DNA of 63,996 bases, filler included, from Reclinomonas americana ATCC 50394 (lineage: Eukaryota), in NCBI GenBank assembly GCA_048213135.1. It is 6 parts of 5 records of this genome, joined end to end, with 100 filler letters (N's around TTAATTAATTAA, not from the genome) between each part and the next. Parts side by side here need not be neighbours in the genome. Positions count along the whole stretch, not along the records: positions 29,387 to 51,218 come from PS015206.1; positions 51,319 to 59,526 come from PS015208.1; 4 more parts are not named here. One strand, given 5' to 3'. How positions within the stretch are numbered: position 1 is the stretch's first letter; each line of letters opens with the position of its first letter. Of the stretch, positions 45,007-58,092 are shown piece by piece. Under the pieces are notes generated by a model, which was given only the letters and a program-made list of their open reading frames with translations, made no database searches and was not told where the DNA came from. A program made the translations under genes and the position numbers.

Positions 45007-45771
45007 TGGTGAACATTCTGAACGTCGAGACCGGTACCTTTCAGAAGCGCTGCAGGGTGTGCGCAGAGCTCGCAGCGAGACCGCGGGCGCTGACGTCTGC
45101 TCTCCAGTGTTTCCCGAGCGAAGCTCTTGCACGCTGACAAATCAGGCTTGAATTCGTTTGGAAAGCAAGTTTGCAGTTTCCTGCCTTCTTACGGATTTCA
45201 AGCGGGAAGAAGAGATTGCGAACATAATTGAAAGACAGCCCTCTTTCCTTGAAAACAGCTTCGAATTCGAATTTCAGTTCACAAATTCGGAACCTTTCGA
45301 TCTCCGCTTCGCGCTTCTGCCGAATAGACATGCGAGTGCAGCGCACATTCACCCTCTCCCTCCCTCCCTCCCTCCACCTTCCCAGTCCCCTCCTGCTTCG
45401 CCTTCTCCAGCAAATCCGTTCCGCCGGATTTCATGCAAAATCCGACAATTTCGTTGTCCAAAAACACAATTCCGTCCGCCAATCTCTTTTTCTCCCTCTC
45501 TCACTCTCACTCTCACACATCATGCATCGCCACCACCACCGCTGCATCACACTCCACACACCAACAGCAGTGGGATGAGAGAGTGGAGGCAAAAAAATGC
45601 ACGGTTGATCATATTCGCCACTCTCGCTCAGTGTTGCGGTTATTCGGTGTGAATGCGCGTGCTGCGACCAGTGGTGGTCAGTGGAGGCTCACAATTAGTT
45701 CACACGCCTCAGTGCGCAGAAGCAACTCCTCCTCACCCATCCCACATCACATCTTCCCACAAATCATCAGC

Positions 45772-46862
45772 ATGAAGGTCGTCTGCGTCGGTGCTGGTTA
45801 TGTCGGTGAGTCTCTCTCTCTCCCTCTCCCCACCCATCTCCCTCTCCTCCTTCCTCTCCTCACCACCCTTCCCCTCAATAGGTGGTCCCACCATGGCGGT
45901 GATGGCGCTCAAGTCGCCGGACGTGGAGGTGTGGGTGGTGGACCTCAACCAGGGCCTCATTGACAAGTGGAACTCTGACAAGCTGCCGATCTACGAGCCC
46001 GGCCTGGAGGAGGTCGTCAAGGAGTGCCGCGGTCGCAACCTGTTCTTCTCCTCCGACGTGACGGGCACGGTGAGCGACGCCGATGTGGTCTTTGTGGCCG
46101 TCAACACGCCCACCAAGGTGTACGGTGTGGGCGAGGGCCGTGCCGCCGAGGTCAAGAACATTGAGGCTGTGGCGCGCATGCTGTGCCAGCACCTCGGCAC
46201 CGGCTTCAAGGTCGTGGTGGAGAAGTCGACGGTACCGGTGCGCACCTCGGAGACGCTGCGCAAGATCTTTTCGGCCAACCAGAGCGCCGTGGAGGGCCGC
46301 ACCATTGAGGTGCTCTCCAATCCCGAGTTCCTGGCCGAGGGCACGGCCATTGACGACCTGCTGACGCCTGACCGCGTGCTGATTGGCGGCCAGGAGACGG
46401 AGGCCGGCGAGCGCGCCGTGGGTACGCTGTCGTGGCTGTACGAGCACTGGGTGCCGAAGGAGCGCATCATCACGACCAACCTGTNNNNNNNNNNNNNNNN
46501 NNNNCCCCAAGGTGTCGAAGGAGCAGATGTTGCGCGACATTGAGGAGTGCGGCGACACGCCGGCGGATGCCGATCTGGAGAAGAGCGTCATTGCGTGCGA
46601 GTCGGCCTACGAGGCGTGCGCCGGTGCCGATGCGGCGCTGATCCTCACCGAGTGGGACGAGTTCCGCGCGTTGGACTGGGAGCGCGTGTACAGCCTGATG
46701 CGCAAGCCGGCCTTTGTTTTCGATGGACGCAATGTGGTCGACGGCAATGAGCTGAAGCGCATTGGCTTCCATGCCTACACCATTGGCAAGGCTGTGACCG
46801 ATCCGATGCTCTCCATCGTCACGGGCAATGTGCTCAGCGATGCGCAGGGTATTCGCATGTGA
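45772..46862 (+). CDS. UGDH: UDP-glucose 6-dehydrogenase, copy B (N- and C-terminus; middle missing in a 20-N gap)
   Basis: MKVVCVGAGYVG/GPT, LPIYEPGL, VNTPTK, VEKSTVPV, LSNPEFLAEG and PDRVLIGG. The C-terminal protein is identical to copy A. Confidence 0.96.
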
Positions 46863-46984
46863 GGGGAGAAGGGAGAAGGGAGTAAGGAGAGTAGAGGAGG
46901 TGAGGAGAATGAGGAAGGGCATAATAGAACTTTTAGTAGACGGCAATCAATGAAGGAAACATGGTGGTTGTCAACGAAATGGGC

Positions 46985-48640
46985 AAAAAGGGTCAACAAA
47001 ATGGGCAAAAAGGGTGGAGGAGAAGGGGCAAAGGGTTGGAGGAGAAGGGGCAGGTGGAGGAAAGGGCGAAGGGAGGAGAAAGGCAAAGGGTGGAGGAAGT
47101 GAGGCAAAGGGCGAAGGGGCAACGGGTGGTGGAGGAGGAGGGGCAAAAGGGTGGAGGAGAAGGGGCAAAAGGGTGGCGAGTGAGGCAAAAGGGTGGAGGA
47201 GGAGGGGCAAAAAGGGTGGAGGAGGAGGGGCAAAAAGGGTGGAGGAGGAGGGGCAAAGGGTTGGAGGAGAAGGGGCAAAAAGGTGGTGGAGAAGGGGCAA
47301 ACGGGTGGAGGAGAAGGGCAAACGGGTGGAGGAGAAGGGGCAAACGGGCGGAGGAGAAGGGGCAAAAAGGGTGGAGGAAGCGAGGCAAAGGGTGGAAGGA
47401 GAAGGGGCAAAAGGGTGGAGGAGAAGGGCAAAAGGGCGGAGGAGAAGGGCAAAAGGGTGGAGGAGAAGGGGCAAGAAGGGTGGAGGAGAAGGGGCAAAAA
47501 GGGTGGAGGAGAAAGGGGCAAAAGGGTGGAGGAGAAGGGCAAAAGGGTGGAGGAGAAGGGGTAACAGGGTGGAGGAGAAGGGGCAACACGGTGGAGGAGA
47601 AGGGGCAAAAGGGTGGAGGAGAAGGGCAAAAGGGTGAAAAGGGAGAAGGGTGGAGGAGAAGGGGCAAAAAGGGTGGAGGAGAAGGGCGAAAGGGTGGTGG
47701 AATCGCAATGGGTGGAAAGAAGGGCAAAGGATGGAGGAGAAGGGACAAAAGGGTGGAGGAGAAGGGGCAAAAGGGTGGAGGAGAAGGGGCAAAGGGTTGG
47801 AGGAGAAGGGGTAGGTGGAGGAAAGGGCGAAGGGAGGAGAAAGGCACAGGGTGGAGGAAGTGAGGCAAAGGGTGGAGGAAGTGAGGCAAAGGGCGGAGGA
47901 GAAGGGGCAACGGGTGGTGAGGAGGAGGGGCAAAGGGTGGAGGAGAAGGGGCAAAGGGTGGTGAGGAGGAGGGGCAAAGGGTGGAGGAGAAGGGGCAAAG
48001 GGTGGAGGAGGAGGGGCAAAGGGTTGGAGGAGAAGGGCAAAAAGGTGGAGGAGAAGGGCAAAAAGGTGGAGGAGAAGGGCAAAAGGGAGGAGGAGAAGGG
48101 CAAAAGGGAGGAGGAGAAGGGGCAAAAGGGTCGAGGAGAAGGGGCAAAAGGGTGGAGGAATCGCAATGGGTGGAAAGAGGGCAAATGATGGAGGAGAAGG
48201 GGCAAAGGAGAAGGGCAAAGGGTGGAGGGACACAAATGGTGGAAGGGCAAAGAGTGGATGCGAAAAGGGTGAGGAGGCAAAGGGTGCAGAAGGCCAATGG
48301 GTAGAGGAAGGACGATGGGTGGAAAGAGGGCAAGGGCGGAAAGAGGGCAAGGGTGGAAAGAGGGCAAGGGTGGAGAAGGGGCAAAGGGTGGAGAAGGGCA
48401 AAGGGCGGAGGAAGGCAAATGGTGGAAGGGCACAGAGTGGATGCGAAAGGGTGAGGGGGCAAGGGTGAGGAGGGCAAATGGTGGAAGGGCACAGAGTGGA
48501 TGCGAAAAGGGTGAGAGGGCAGAGGATGGAGGAAGTAGAGGGTGGAGAAGGGCAAAGGGTGAGAAGGGCGAAAGGTGATAAGGGCAATTGGTAGAAGAGG
48601 AAAAGGGTGGAGGAGGGCAGAGGTGGTGAAGAGCAAATGG
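46985..48640. repeat. ~1.6-kb G-rich ~22-bp minisatellite
   Basis: Dozens of GGAGGAGAAGGGGCAAAAGGGT-like units. Same family as 15620-16010. Confidence 0.93.
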
Positions 48641-48875
48641 TGGAGAGCGCGGCACGGGGCGCATGAACGATTAACAAGAGAGATTAGGGCACGAGCGGGG
48701 CGTGGACCGATGGAAAGACACACTCACGGCCTCACACAATCCAAGCTGGTTCCTCACAAGGAAACACGGACGACAAGAAATGTGGACGGCAAAGCAGAAG
48801 ACAGCAGCGTAACACATCACAATCGTATTGCATTAACCCGCTCCACTGCTCCGCCATTGTCTGTCATTTCCCCTC

Positions 48876-51071
48876 TTACTCTGGCGACGCGGCAGCAGAG
48901 AATAGTTGGCCGAGATCCACGGAGCGCTCCTTCGCCTCATCGATAAACGGATGGCCCTGCAACAGACCAGAGAGAGTGAGACGGGGATTAACGGCACCCG
49001 TGACGATGCAGACGTACCAGCAGCTCCTCGGCCGTCGGTCGTGTTTCCTGGTTCTTGTCGAGGCTGCGCGACGCAATAGAGAGAGAGAGAGAGCTTGAGG
49101 ACGAGGGGGAGCGCACAGAGAGCAGAGAGCGCAGCAGACGATGAATCTCAATAGAAGGCAGAAAGCAAGGGCGAAGAGGAAAGGGCCGAGGAGGTCGAGA
49201 AGACGACACTTTTCTTCCCTCTTGTCCGCCACCCTTGTTCTTCCTACTTTTCTCTTCTCATTCTTATTTTCCCTCTCACTTGCCTCTTTCTTCTGCTTCC
49301 TCTCTTCGTTGTTCTTATTCAAATTTGTTCTTGTGAGTGCCTACTGTGTATGTTCTCTTGCGTGCTCGTGTGCGCGCGTAATTCCTCACACGTACGTGTG
49401 CGAACGCTGCTGCTCTCAGTTGTACCACGTTCCCAATCTGAGTTGGTTATCCAACTTATTCTCGCTCTCCCTTCTTTCTCTTGCTGAGTATCCGTTTGTC
49501 TGTGTGTCTGTGTGTCAGTTGCGTGTGCATGTGCGCGTGTGTATATGTGTGTTTGTGTGTGTGCGTGTGTCTGTTTGTCTGCCTGTCTGTCAGTCTCTCT
49601 CTCCCTCGCGGTCTCTCTCTTGCTTTTTCTAGTCTCTCTCTCGATCTTCTCTCTCTCTCTCTCGATATTCTCTCTCTCTCTCTCTCNNNNNNNNNNNNNN
49701 NNNNNNNNNNNNNNNNNNNNNNNNNNNNNNNNNNNNNNNNNNNNNNNNNNNNNNNNNNNNNNNNNNNNNNNNNNNNNNNNNNNNNNNNNNNNNNNNNNNN
49801 NNNNNNNNNNNNNNNNNNNNNNNNNNNNNNNNNNNNNNNNNNNNNNNNNNNNNNNNNNNNNNNNNNNNNNNNNNNNNNNNNNNNNNNNNNNNNNNNNNNN
49901 NNNNNNNNNNNNNNNNNNNNNNNNNNNNNNNNNNNNNNNNNNNNNNNNNNNNNNNNNNNNNNNNNNNNNNNNNNNNNNNNNNNNNNNNNNNNNNNNNNNN
50001 NNNNNNNNNNNNGATCTTCTCAGTCGCTCTCTCTATCTTTGTCTCTCTCCGTGTCTCTCTCTTCCCTCTTCAGTCTCACTCTCCGTCTTCTCTCTCCACA
50101 TGCCTCTCCTCTCTTCCCTCCTCCTTCGACTCACCACTCGCGCACAAAGTCGACAAACAGCTCCGAAAACTGCTCCGTCGACAGCTTATCGGCCGGGCTC
50201 GGTGCCCTCACCACCTCGTCCATCAGCTTGTACACTGCATAGAATACGCACACTTCAGACACAAGCGCGTGTGCACACAAACGCTTCACGCACGCGCCGC
50301 ACCGCTGACTTCCCCCGCCGATTCGTAGGGAAAGTGGCCAATGGCGGTCTCCAAAAACACCAAGCCCGCACTCCAGATATCCGACACAAAACTGTACGGG
50401 TGGCCAGTGATGCGTTCCGGCTGTCGCACGCACAGGGAGCTGAGCGACGGGGGCGAGAGGAGGGAGGAAGACAAGAATACTCACCGACATGTACGCCGTG
50501 GTGCCGAGGAATGTTCGTGCCTTGGCCAGCGAATCTTTCTGCAGGCGGCGGTCACACTCAAGGCGAAATACCACTCAGAAGCACAAATAACGTCTCACCA
50601 GACGGCCACACGTGCCAAAATCGGCCAAGGCGACCCTCCCCGTCGACGACAGCAGCACATTGCTGGGCTTCAGGTCACTGCTCCACTGCAGTCAGCGGAC
50701 ACCGGCGAGGAGAACGGTGACACAATACCGACGCACCGATGAATGAGATGGCGCTCCGAGTGCAAATATCGCAACGCCTGCAGGATCTGCTCTGCAATGA
50801 GGCCCACTGCATCCTCGGAGAGCGTGCGCTCCTTCTCCATCAGGTCCTTCAGTGAGTGGCAGTCCATGTATTCCATAACAATCGAGAGCTTGCCGTCACT
50901 GTGCCGAGTGGGTGAGGGGGTAGGGGGAAAGGGAAGTGAGAGGGCCATCGTGAATTAAATTTACCTGTAATAGGCGCCCTTGAACTGCACGATGCCCGGG
51001 TGGTCGCTGGTGTGCAGGGCCTTGAGCTGCTCGAGGATGGGTTCGGGGGAGGAGTCGAGGACGAGGGGGAC
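48876..51071 (-). CDS. MAP kinase kinase (STE7 family), 5' end cut by spacer
   Basis: [52 protein letters not shown] and [13 protein letters not shown], ending in TAA. Confidence 0.92.
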
Positions 51072-51218
51072 CTGCGGCAAGGGAACGGAGGTCAGGGAAA
51101 GGGAGAGGGAAAAGGGAGAAGGGAATGAGGGAAAAAGGAGAAGGGGGTGAGGGAGGGGAAGAGAAGGGGAAAGAGAGGGGAAGGAAAGGGAAAGGAGAGG
51201 GGGAACGAAGGGGGAAGT

Positions 51219-51318
51219 NNNNNNNNNNNNNNNNNNNNNNNNNNNNNNNNNNNNNNNNNNNNTTAATTAATTAANNNNNNNNNNNNNNNNNNNNNNNNNN
51301 NNNNNNNNNNNNNNNNNN
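51219..51318. other. Artificial scaffold spacer
   Basis: N-run + TTAATTAATTAA + N-run. Confidence 0.97.
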
Positions 51319-52881
51319 AACGACGACCACGCCAACACCACGCAACGAGTCGACCACCACCATGGCCACCTTGTCACGATCATTCGACACGCTCTTGGCT
51401 CCACCCGCCACCCGCTGTGCAGGTCTGCGCAAGGAAGGAGTGTCAGCGGCTACAGGTCTCCATAAAGGTCATTGAGCAAGCGGACCTTGACGGCGCCACC
51501 ACGCCATTGGGTGGCGACACGGCAGTGTCCACCACTGGACTGCCGTGTCGCTTCGCTTCGCGACGTTTCCGTAGCTGTTCTGCCGGATGCTCGGCCAGAC
51601 GAATGGCGGCCACGTCGACAGGTGGCGGAGCAGGTGCTCTCGCCGCCGCCGCCGCCGCCACAGCAGGAGAGCCAGCCGCCAGCGGCGACGGTGGAAAGGC
51701 GGCCACACCATGCTCGAATGTCGGCATCAACTCGCTCTTGGCCATTGGCGCGGTGCCGGCCACAGTGCCTCTCCTCTTGCGCTTCACCCACGTGATCTTC
51801 TTCGATGCCAGCTTCTGCTCCTTGGCACGACGCAGTGACTCCAACAGCTGCAGTCACGAAGAATGTGAGTCGCAAAAAAACACTGGGTAGTGCGACAACA
51901 ACACCAACAACGATCGCATGTACCTCTCCGTGTGCGTGCACATTTTCAGTGGTGCGCTCAATGCGCGTCCCTGCAGCCGTCGGTGAAAGCTGCGAGTATT
52001 TTTCGGCCAGCTCCAGGGCCGGTGCATTCAGCGTCGCACTGGCAGCCTCCTGTGCTGCCGCAGCAGCCAGCTGCTCCATCGCCAGCGTGGCATTGGTGAT
52101 GCCAGAGGCCTGGTGCCGGTGACCACGTCGCGGCGCTGCGTGCGACGACGACGGTGACGACGGACCATTCGCAAACTCAAACGGTGGTGCCGCTGCGGTC
52201 GCCGTCGGCGTGGTACTGGAGACAGCGGTTGCAGCCGATGCAGCAGCCGTCGCCGTCGAGTACACACCAGGTGGCGTGTGCGGAGGCGCGACCTGATTGG
52301 TCGGCGAATCACCCACCATGGGCGCACGCAGCACCGCACGCTCCACAGCAAACGTCGGCTGCGGCGAGTGCAAATACACAGCCTGCATCGCCACATCATG
52401 TCAGCCACCACCATACAAGAGGGGAAAGGGGAAGGGAAGGGCGACGCAACGCCTGGAATCTGCAATCCCCACTCGTCGAGCCCGTGTCTGCGCAGCAGAT
52501 ACGTCGCCAGTCGCTTCTCGACTGCTGTACGCGCCACCATCTCCACGCACGTGGCAGAGGGCGGGATCTCAGTGTGTGGCGCCCTCGGCTGCACCTCCTC
52601 CTCACCGCCCTCCATGTCGCCAAACAACTGACGACCGGCCTGTCGCAGTTGCGTGTCTGAGTGGCGCCGTTGCAGGCGATGTGGCGAGTGCAGTGGTGAT
52701 CGACTAAGAGACGCACATCATGAGAGAGAGTGAGAGAGTGAGTGAGAGAGTTAGAGCAGAGACAGTCAGTCACCTGAGTGCATCGACGGCCTTTGGCGAG
52801 GTCTTGACATTGGCAAACATCTCGTCGACCTCGTCATCGGGCACAATGTCCTCACTATCGACCTCTGACTCCTCTTCAAAG
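51319..52881 (-). CDS. Partial hypothetical Ala/Pro/Ser-rich protein
   Basis: Several phase-compatible exons (e.g. FEEESEVD.. / RSPLHSPH...GLQIPG / AVYLHSPQ..). No recognisable domain. Confidence 0.6.
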
Positions 52882-53207
52882 CTGTGCGAGAGAGAGACAC
52901 ACACACACACAAGAGTGAGCGAGTGTACTGGATGCCAACCTTGGGCATGATGTGGTCTGAGAGGGCAAGGGAGAGAGAATGGGCGAACGCGTGCAAAAGA
53001 GCATGAGTGGGTGTGAGAGTGAGTGAGCGTGTGTGTGTGACAGAGAGTGCGTGTGTATGCGCTTTCGCAGGAAGGCGATGTCGCGTTCGCGCGTTGCACT
53101 CACCTCGCCTCGGCCATTCCTCAAGCGTGCGTGCGTTGAGGTAAGTGACNNNNNNNNNNNNNNNNNNNNCTCGTGCACTCGTTTTTATTCACCACCAACG
53201 TTCGCAG

Positions 53208-56200
53208 TCCCTCGCAAGGGAGCATCCACTCCCTCCCCGAATCTCACGCGGCTGGCGCCGCCGAGTTGCGTGGGCTTCTCACCTCGCGGGCTTGCAGTTG
53301 GTGTTGCTCATCGCGTCGCGGTGGTGCAGATTGTTTTCGCCCACGTACACGGAAAACACGATCGACAGTGTGCGCTCGTCCGTCGGCACGTTGGAATCGC
53401 AGCAGTCGCCCGCCGTTGCGCCAGCAGTTGCTGTGGCTTCTGCGGCTGCCGCGCCGATACCATCGCCTGCCCGTCCACTAGCGCTGGCGTTGGGAGGCGC
53501 TACGCCTGGACCACCTGTGCCGGCGACGCAGCCNNNNNNNNNNNNNNNNNNNNNNNNNNNNNNNNNNNNNNNNNNNNNNNNNNNNNNNNNNNNNNNNNNN
53601 NNNNNNNNNNNNNNNNNNNNNNNNNNNNNNNNNNNNNNNNNNNNNNNNNNNNNNNNNNNNNNNNNNNNNNNNNNNNNNNNNNAGCGAAAAAGTCAATGTT
53701 GCGTTTCGATTTCTGCGCGAGAAAACGAGAGTGACACGGCCATGGTGGTGATGGTGGAATGGTGCCTCCGCAGTCACATGCCGCCGGTTTCGGTTCCGGA
53801 TGCGGTTCGACTCACCGACAAGAGCCAGCCGTCACCACAGCAGCTGTCGGAGCCGGCAGGTATGGTGCCGCCGAAATTCGCACCGACAACAGTGGCAGCA
53901 GCAGCGCTGTCGCAGCACCTGACAGCAAACACGCTGTCACGCAAGTGGAGTATGAGGTGCGACACAGCCTTTCGTGCTCCCTGCAGTGTGTGCGTCCTCC
54001 ACTGATAATGGTGCAGCAATGCCGAGTTCCGATCCAATGCTGCCGCGCCGCCTCCAGAGCCCTACAAGCGTGCCAAACCGCTGACAGAGAAACAAGGACG
54101 CCTGCTCGACATTTTCCGCGTGGCCGTCAAGCAGGTGCGCACACGCTGCGGTGCACGTACTCCGGCTCCTGTCACCACGCTCACACATACACATGTTTTG
54201 GTTTTGGCGTAGTTGCTGGAGGGTATTCGGCGGCAGCGCATCATGGAGTTGCGCAGTCGCTGGCGACGGCGGGCCTACATCAAGGCCGAGATCGATCGAC
54301 GAGCGCAAGATATTATGCTGGGCAAGTTGCGTCTCACACGCCCTTGCAATGTGTGTTGCTGAAGCTCATCATGCACGTACGGCAGAACTCACCCGTCGCT
54401 GGAGGCTTCGAGATGGGTGGAGGTACGCGACAGTGACTGCGCGCGAGGGTGAGAAGATCAACTCACTCACGTGTGTTTGTCACTTTTGTGTTGACAGCAA
54501 CACTTTGGGATGAAGGGTCGCCCGAGCTCTGGTGGGGTGCACGACGAGCCGAGAATCGAGCTGCAGCCTGCTGTCGCACCGTTTCGTCCTTCCCGCATGT
54601 GGAGTTGCTGCTGGCCGGAGTGTTTATGTTCACTTCTTGTATTACAGGAATCGCGCGCAACTACCAACCTTGCTGAGACTACCGCTGGAGAAAATGGTGG
54701 TGTCGCACGCGGGAGCAGAGCCACCGTCGTCCCTGGCACTTTCGTCGGTTCGTGTGTGCTTTGATTTACGGGCGGGCGACACTTGTTTCCTGACTCTGCT
54801 ACCGACTCTTGCAGATGAATGCGGCCATGCTGCGCATGAATTCGGTATATTCATCACTGCCGTTGTTACGATCGGCGCACCGTTGTACTCACCAATGCAC
54901 GCAGGTCAATGGTGAATCGCCGCTGGACTCGGCCGATCTCAACTCGCTCGACGAGTCGATGGTGATGAGTGACGAAGAGGAGAGTGCTCGATCGCCTGTG
55001 CACACCGTTCCCAGCGAATCCAAGCTGCCGTCCCTACTTCTGCCCTCACCACAGCATCACCAGCAGTCACTGTTGCCAGCCCAGCGCCGTGCCATCTTGG
55101 TGCCGAGCTCGCCCCCGCAGGACACCAACAGCGACATTGGTGGCAGCGGTGACGAAACCGACGAAGAGGACACTGCCGATCGCGCGTCTTCGCGCGAGGT
55201 GACGCCGACGCAGAGCCCCGATCGTGCGATGCAGAGACTGGTGGCGCGAGAGGTGGCCAGCGACATTCCAACGCCGGTGCCCGCAACGCCGCCACCAGTC
55301 AGTGGCACCGGATCACCATTTGTTTCCGCGGCCAGCAACGGAGGTGTTCGTTCGCTCGCCATTTTGCGCGAACCGACTCGGCGGCAGAACAGCTCCTCCA
55401 CGAGTGGCGAGTATTCGCCAGTGGCTGCTCCGTCGCCAGACGACATGCTGCGACGTGCAGGCAAGATCAATGCGGCGATGATGCCGAGTGCCGTGTTTGC
55501 CGGCTCACATCGCCGTGTGCCGAGTGGAACGGCACTGCTGCTCGACGCGCCGGGCGTCATTGCCGCCAAATCCACAGCAACCGTGCAGAAGCAGCAGCAG
55601 CACGTCGTTGTTGCTGCGGCAGCTGCTGCACCACCTGTAATGTCGCCACCGTCAAGCGCATCGGCTGCTGCCAGTATGCCAGGTAACATTCACATTTTCC
55701 CCCGCACCTTCGTCTCTGTGTGTATGTGCTTGTCGCAAACTGAGCATTCCATCATGCTTTGTTGCAGGCGGTGATGCAGGCGTTGACGACGCCGTCGACG
55801 ATGTGCCAGTGCAGATTCGAGGTGCAGTCCTCTGGCAACGGAATGCTTCACTTGGCGATGTGGCTCTGGCTCTCCCGCTCTCACCGCCCTTTGCCAAGGC
55901 GCGAGCAGCACGCGGTGCGCCGGCACCTGACCTGCCATCTCCTGACATGCCACCGGCGGCGAGTCGAATGGAGGTCTCTTCGGTTGTCCAGCTGCCGCCG
56001 CCGTTGCTGGGCGACACACCAGACGGGCCGCCTGTGGCCGTGCCACCGCCACCACCGCCATCGCAGGTGGCGCAGTCGGGACCGCAGCCAGCGGCTGCAT
56101 CGCTGCCGTCGCCCACCGAGGTCGCCATGGTGGGGAAGCAGAGGCCGCCTCCCTTGTCGTCGCCGTCGTCGTCCATGTCAACCGCATTCTCCGCCACCTC

Positions 56201-56884
56201 GTCGCCCACGTCGTCCACCACACGCGGCAGCATTGCTCCCGTGTTGCGATTGCGTGAATCGCCTGTCATTGACGTGTCGCGACTGATGGCCGACTTGGAG
56301 CCGGAGCCACCGTTGAAGTTGGATCGCGACATTCACCCAGCACCCGGCTACCGCGCCTCGCCGCTGCCAGTGTCGACCACGCCAGCCAGCATGGCGGCCG
56401 CCGCCTCCATTCGCCTGAACAGCAGCAGCAGCGGTCCGGAGACACCGACAGCGTCACCTCTGTCGCCGAGTCAGCCGCGACGACTGACATATGAGAGGCG
56501 CAATCGTGGCGCGCCGTCGCCGGTTCTGCTGGCCACCTCCACGACCGCGCCAGTTATCATGCCATCGTCGTCCTCGCGACTGTTGGTGGCGGACGCCTTT
56601 GCCGCGCTGCTTCCTTCACCGCCAAATCACCCGCGCCTCTCACCGTCGTCTCATTCGCCTACTCCGACACCGCCGCCTGCGGGCCTCGGTCGGTCGCCCG
56701 CCAGGTCGCCCGCCAGGTCGCCTGCCCGATCACCCGCCAAATCACCCGCCAGGTCGCCCGCCAGATCGCCCGCCAGGTCGCCGCTTGGCTTCGAAAGCGA
56801 GTTTGATGACCACCATCGACGGGTGTCCTCCAGTGGCTACGGCCGCGCGGGGACGGCAGCAGCACGTCCGGCGGTGAAGAATTT
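53208..56884 (+). CDS. Partial hypothetical, largely disordered Ser/Pro-rich protein with an SPAR/SPAK repeat
   Basis: About 9 phase-compatible exons, including LLDIFRVAVKQ/LLEGIRRQRIMELR. Long open exons at 54815-55682 and ~55768-56884. Confidence 0.7.
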
Positions 56885-56950
56885 NNNNNNNNNNNNNNNN
56901 NNNNGCACCACACACAGCTTGCTCGACGAGAGCGTGAGCGCGAGGCCGAG

Positions 56951-58008
56951 ATGGAGGAGAAGCGCAAGAGAAGAGTAGCGCTCAAGGCCGCCTCCGCCGC
57001 CGCCACTGCTGCAGCCAGTGGAGGATCGACATCGACCAGCAGCACCACTGCAGCCGCCGCATCGTCGACAACAGGAGGCGGGGGAGGCGGAGGAGGACGC
57101 GGGCGTGGAAGAGGTCTCTCTCACTCTCCCTCACTGTCTCCCTCTCTCTCGCGCGCGCAGACTGACATGCACATGCAGGAACCAAGCCGGCGGTGATGAA
57201 CCAACACCGACGACTGTTTGACTATCTGCGTGCGCACCAGAGTGAGACGTTTACGTTTGATGAGCTGATGGAGTCGTGTGGAGACGGTGGTGAGAAGAAG
57301 CTGACGGCGGCGGATCGAGCGCAAGTTCGTGATATGCTGTGCTCCAACGAGCGAGTGGCGTTCAGTGTCGCCGGTGGCACGTACAAGTACAAGGCCAAGT
57401 ACCGCTTCACGTCCAAGATGGACATGCTGTTGCACATCAAGGAGCAGACGAATGCGGCGGAGGAGGATGAGAGTGAGATTGCTGGCGTGCTGGTCTGCGT
57501 TGTTCATGCATGAGTGCGTTATCGCTTCGCGCGCAACTCACGATTCGGGTGACAGCTCGACGATCTGGTGGAGTCGTATGCCGACGCGGAGCGCGATTTG
57601 CGGGAGCTGGAGCAGGAGGGCGAGGTGGTGCGCATGGAGAAGATGGTGTTTTATCGCGATCGCACCATTTGCGTGCCCATTGACCAGGAGTTTGTCGACC
57701 TGTGGAAGAGCCTGGCAGCGTCGCGCGAGGAGGAGAATCACAAGAATTTGACCGAGGTCGGTGTGTGGCTTTTGCCGCAGGGCTTCTACAGCTGTACTGA
57801 TGCATGTGTGCGTGTGTGTGTGCAGGCGCTGGTGATGCGTGGTCTGAAGCCAGTCGCCACTCACGTGGGTATGCGAGCGGACGCTGGCGATGGTGCCGAG
57901 GGCAAGAGTCGTCGCGGCCGACGGAGAAATCTGCAAATCACCAATCGACACTTGCCAGAGCAAGTGCAGGCCATGATTGCACAGCGTGCGATGGGTGGCG
58001 GAACCTAG
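56951..58008 (+). CDS. GTF2E2: General transcription factor IIE subunit beta, 4 exons
   Basis: LFDYLR...TFDEL, NERV...TYKYKAKY, LDDLVESY, VFYRD....IDQEFVDLWKS, GLKP and basic RRGRRR..ITNRHL, ending in TAG. Confidence 0.88.
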
Positions 58009-58092
58009 TTCTTTTGTTTTTAAACAGCAGCAATAACGATTCTTTACACACACACAAAAATGGGACAGAGACAGAGAGAAACAATGGGATAC

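Noticed and set aside
40229-45350. Compositionally distinct block as a mobile element
   Set aside because: No transposase, reverse transcriptase, terminal repeats or target-site duplication were seen. The block is explained by a spliced NLR-like gene.
46775-48723. Long ORFs of 500-680 aa rich in P/S/L/F or E/R/G/K (also 9319-12825, 14432-16672)
   Set aside because: They are stop-free translations of purine/pyrimidine repeats and N-runs in introns or intergenic DNA.
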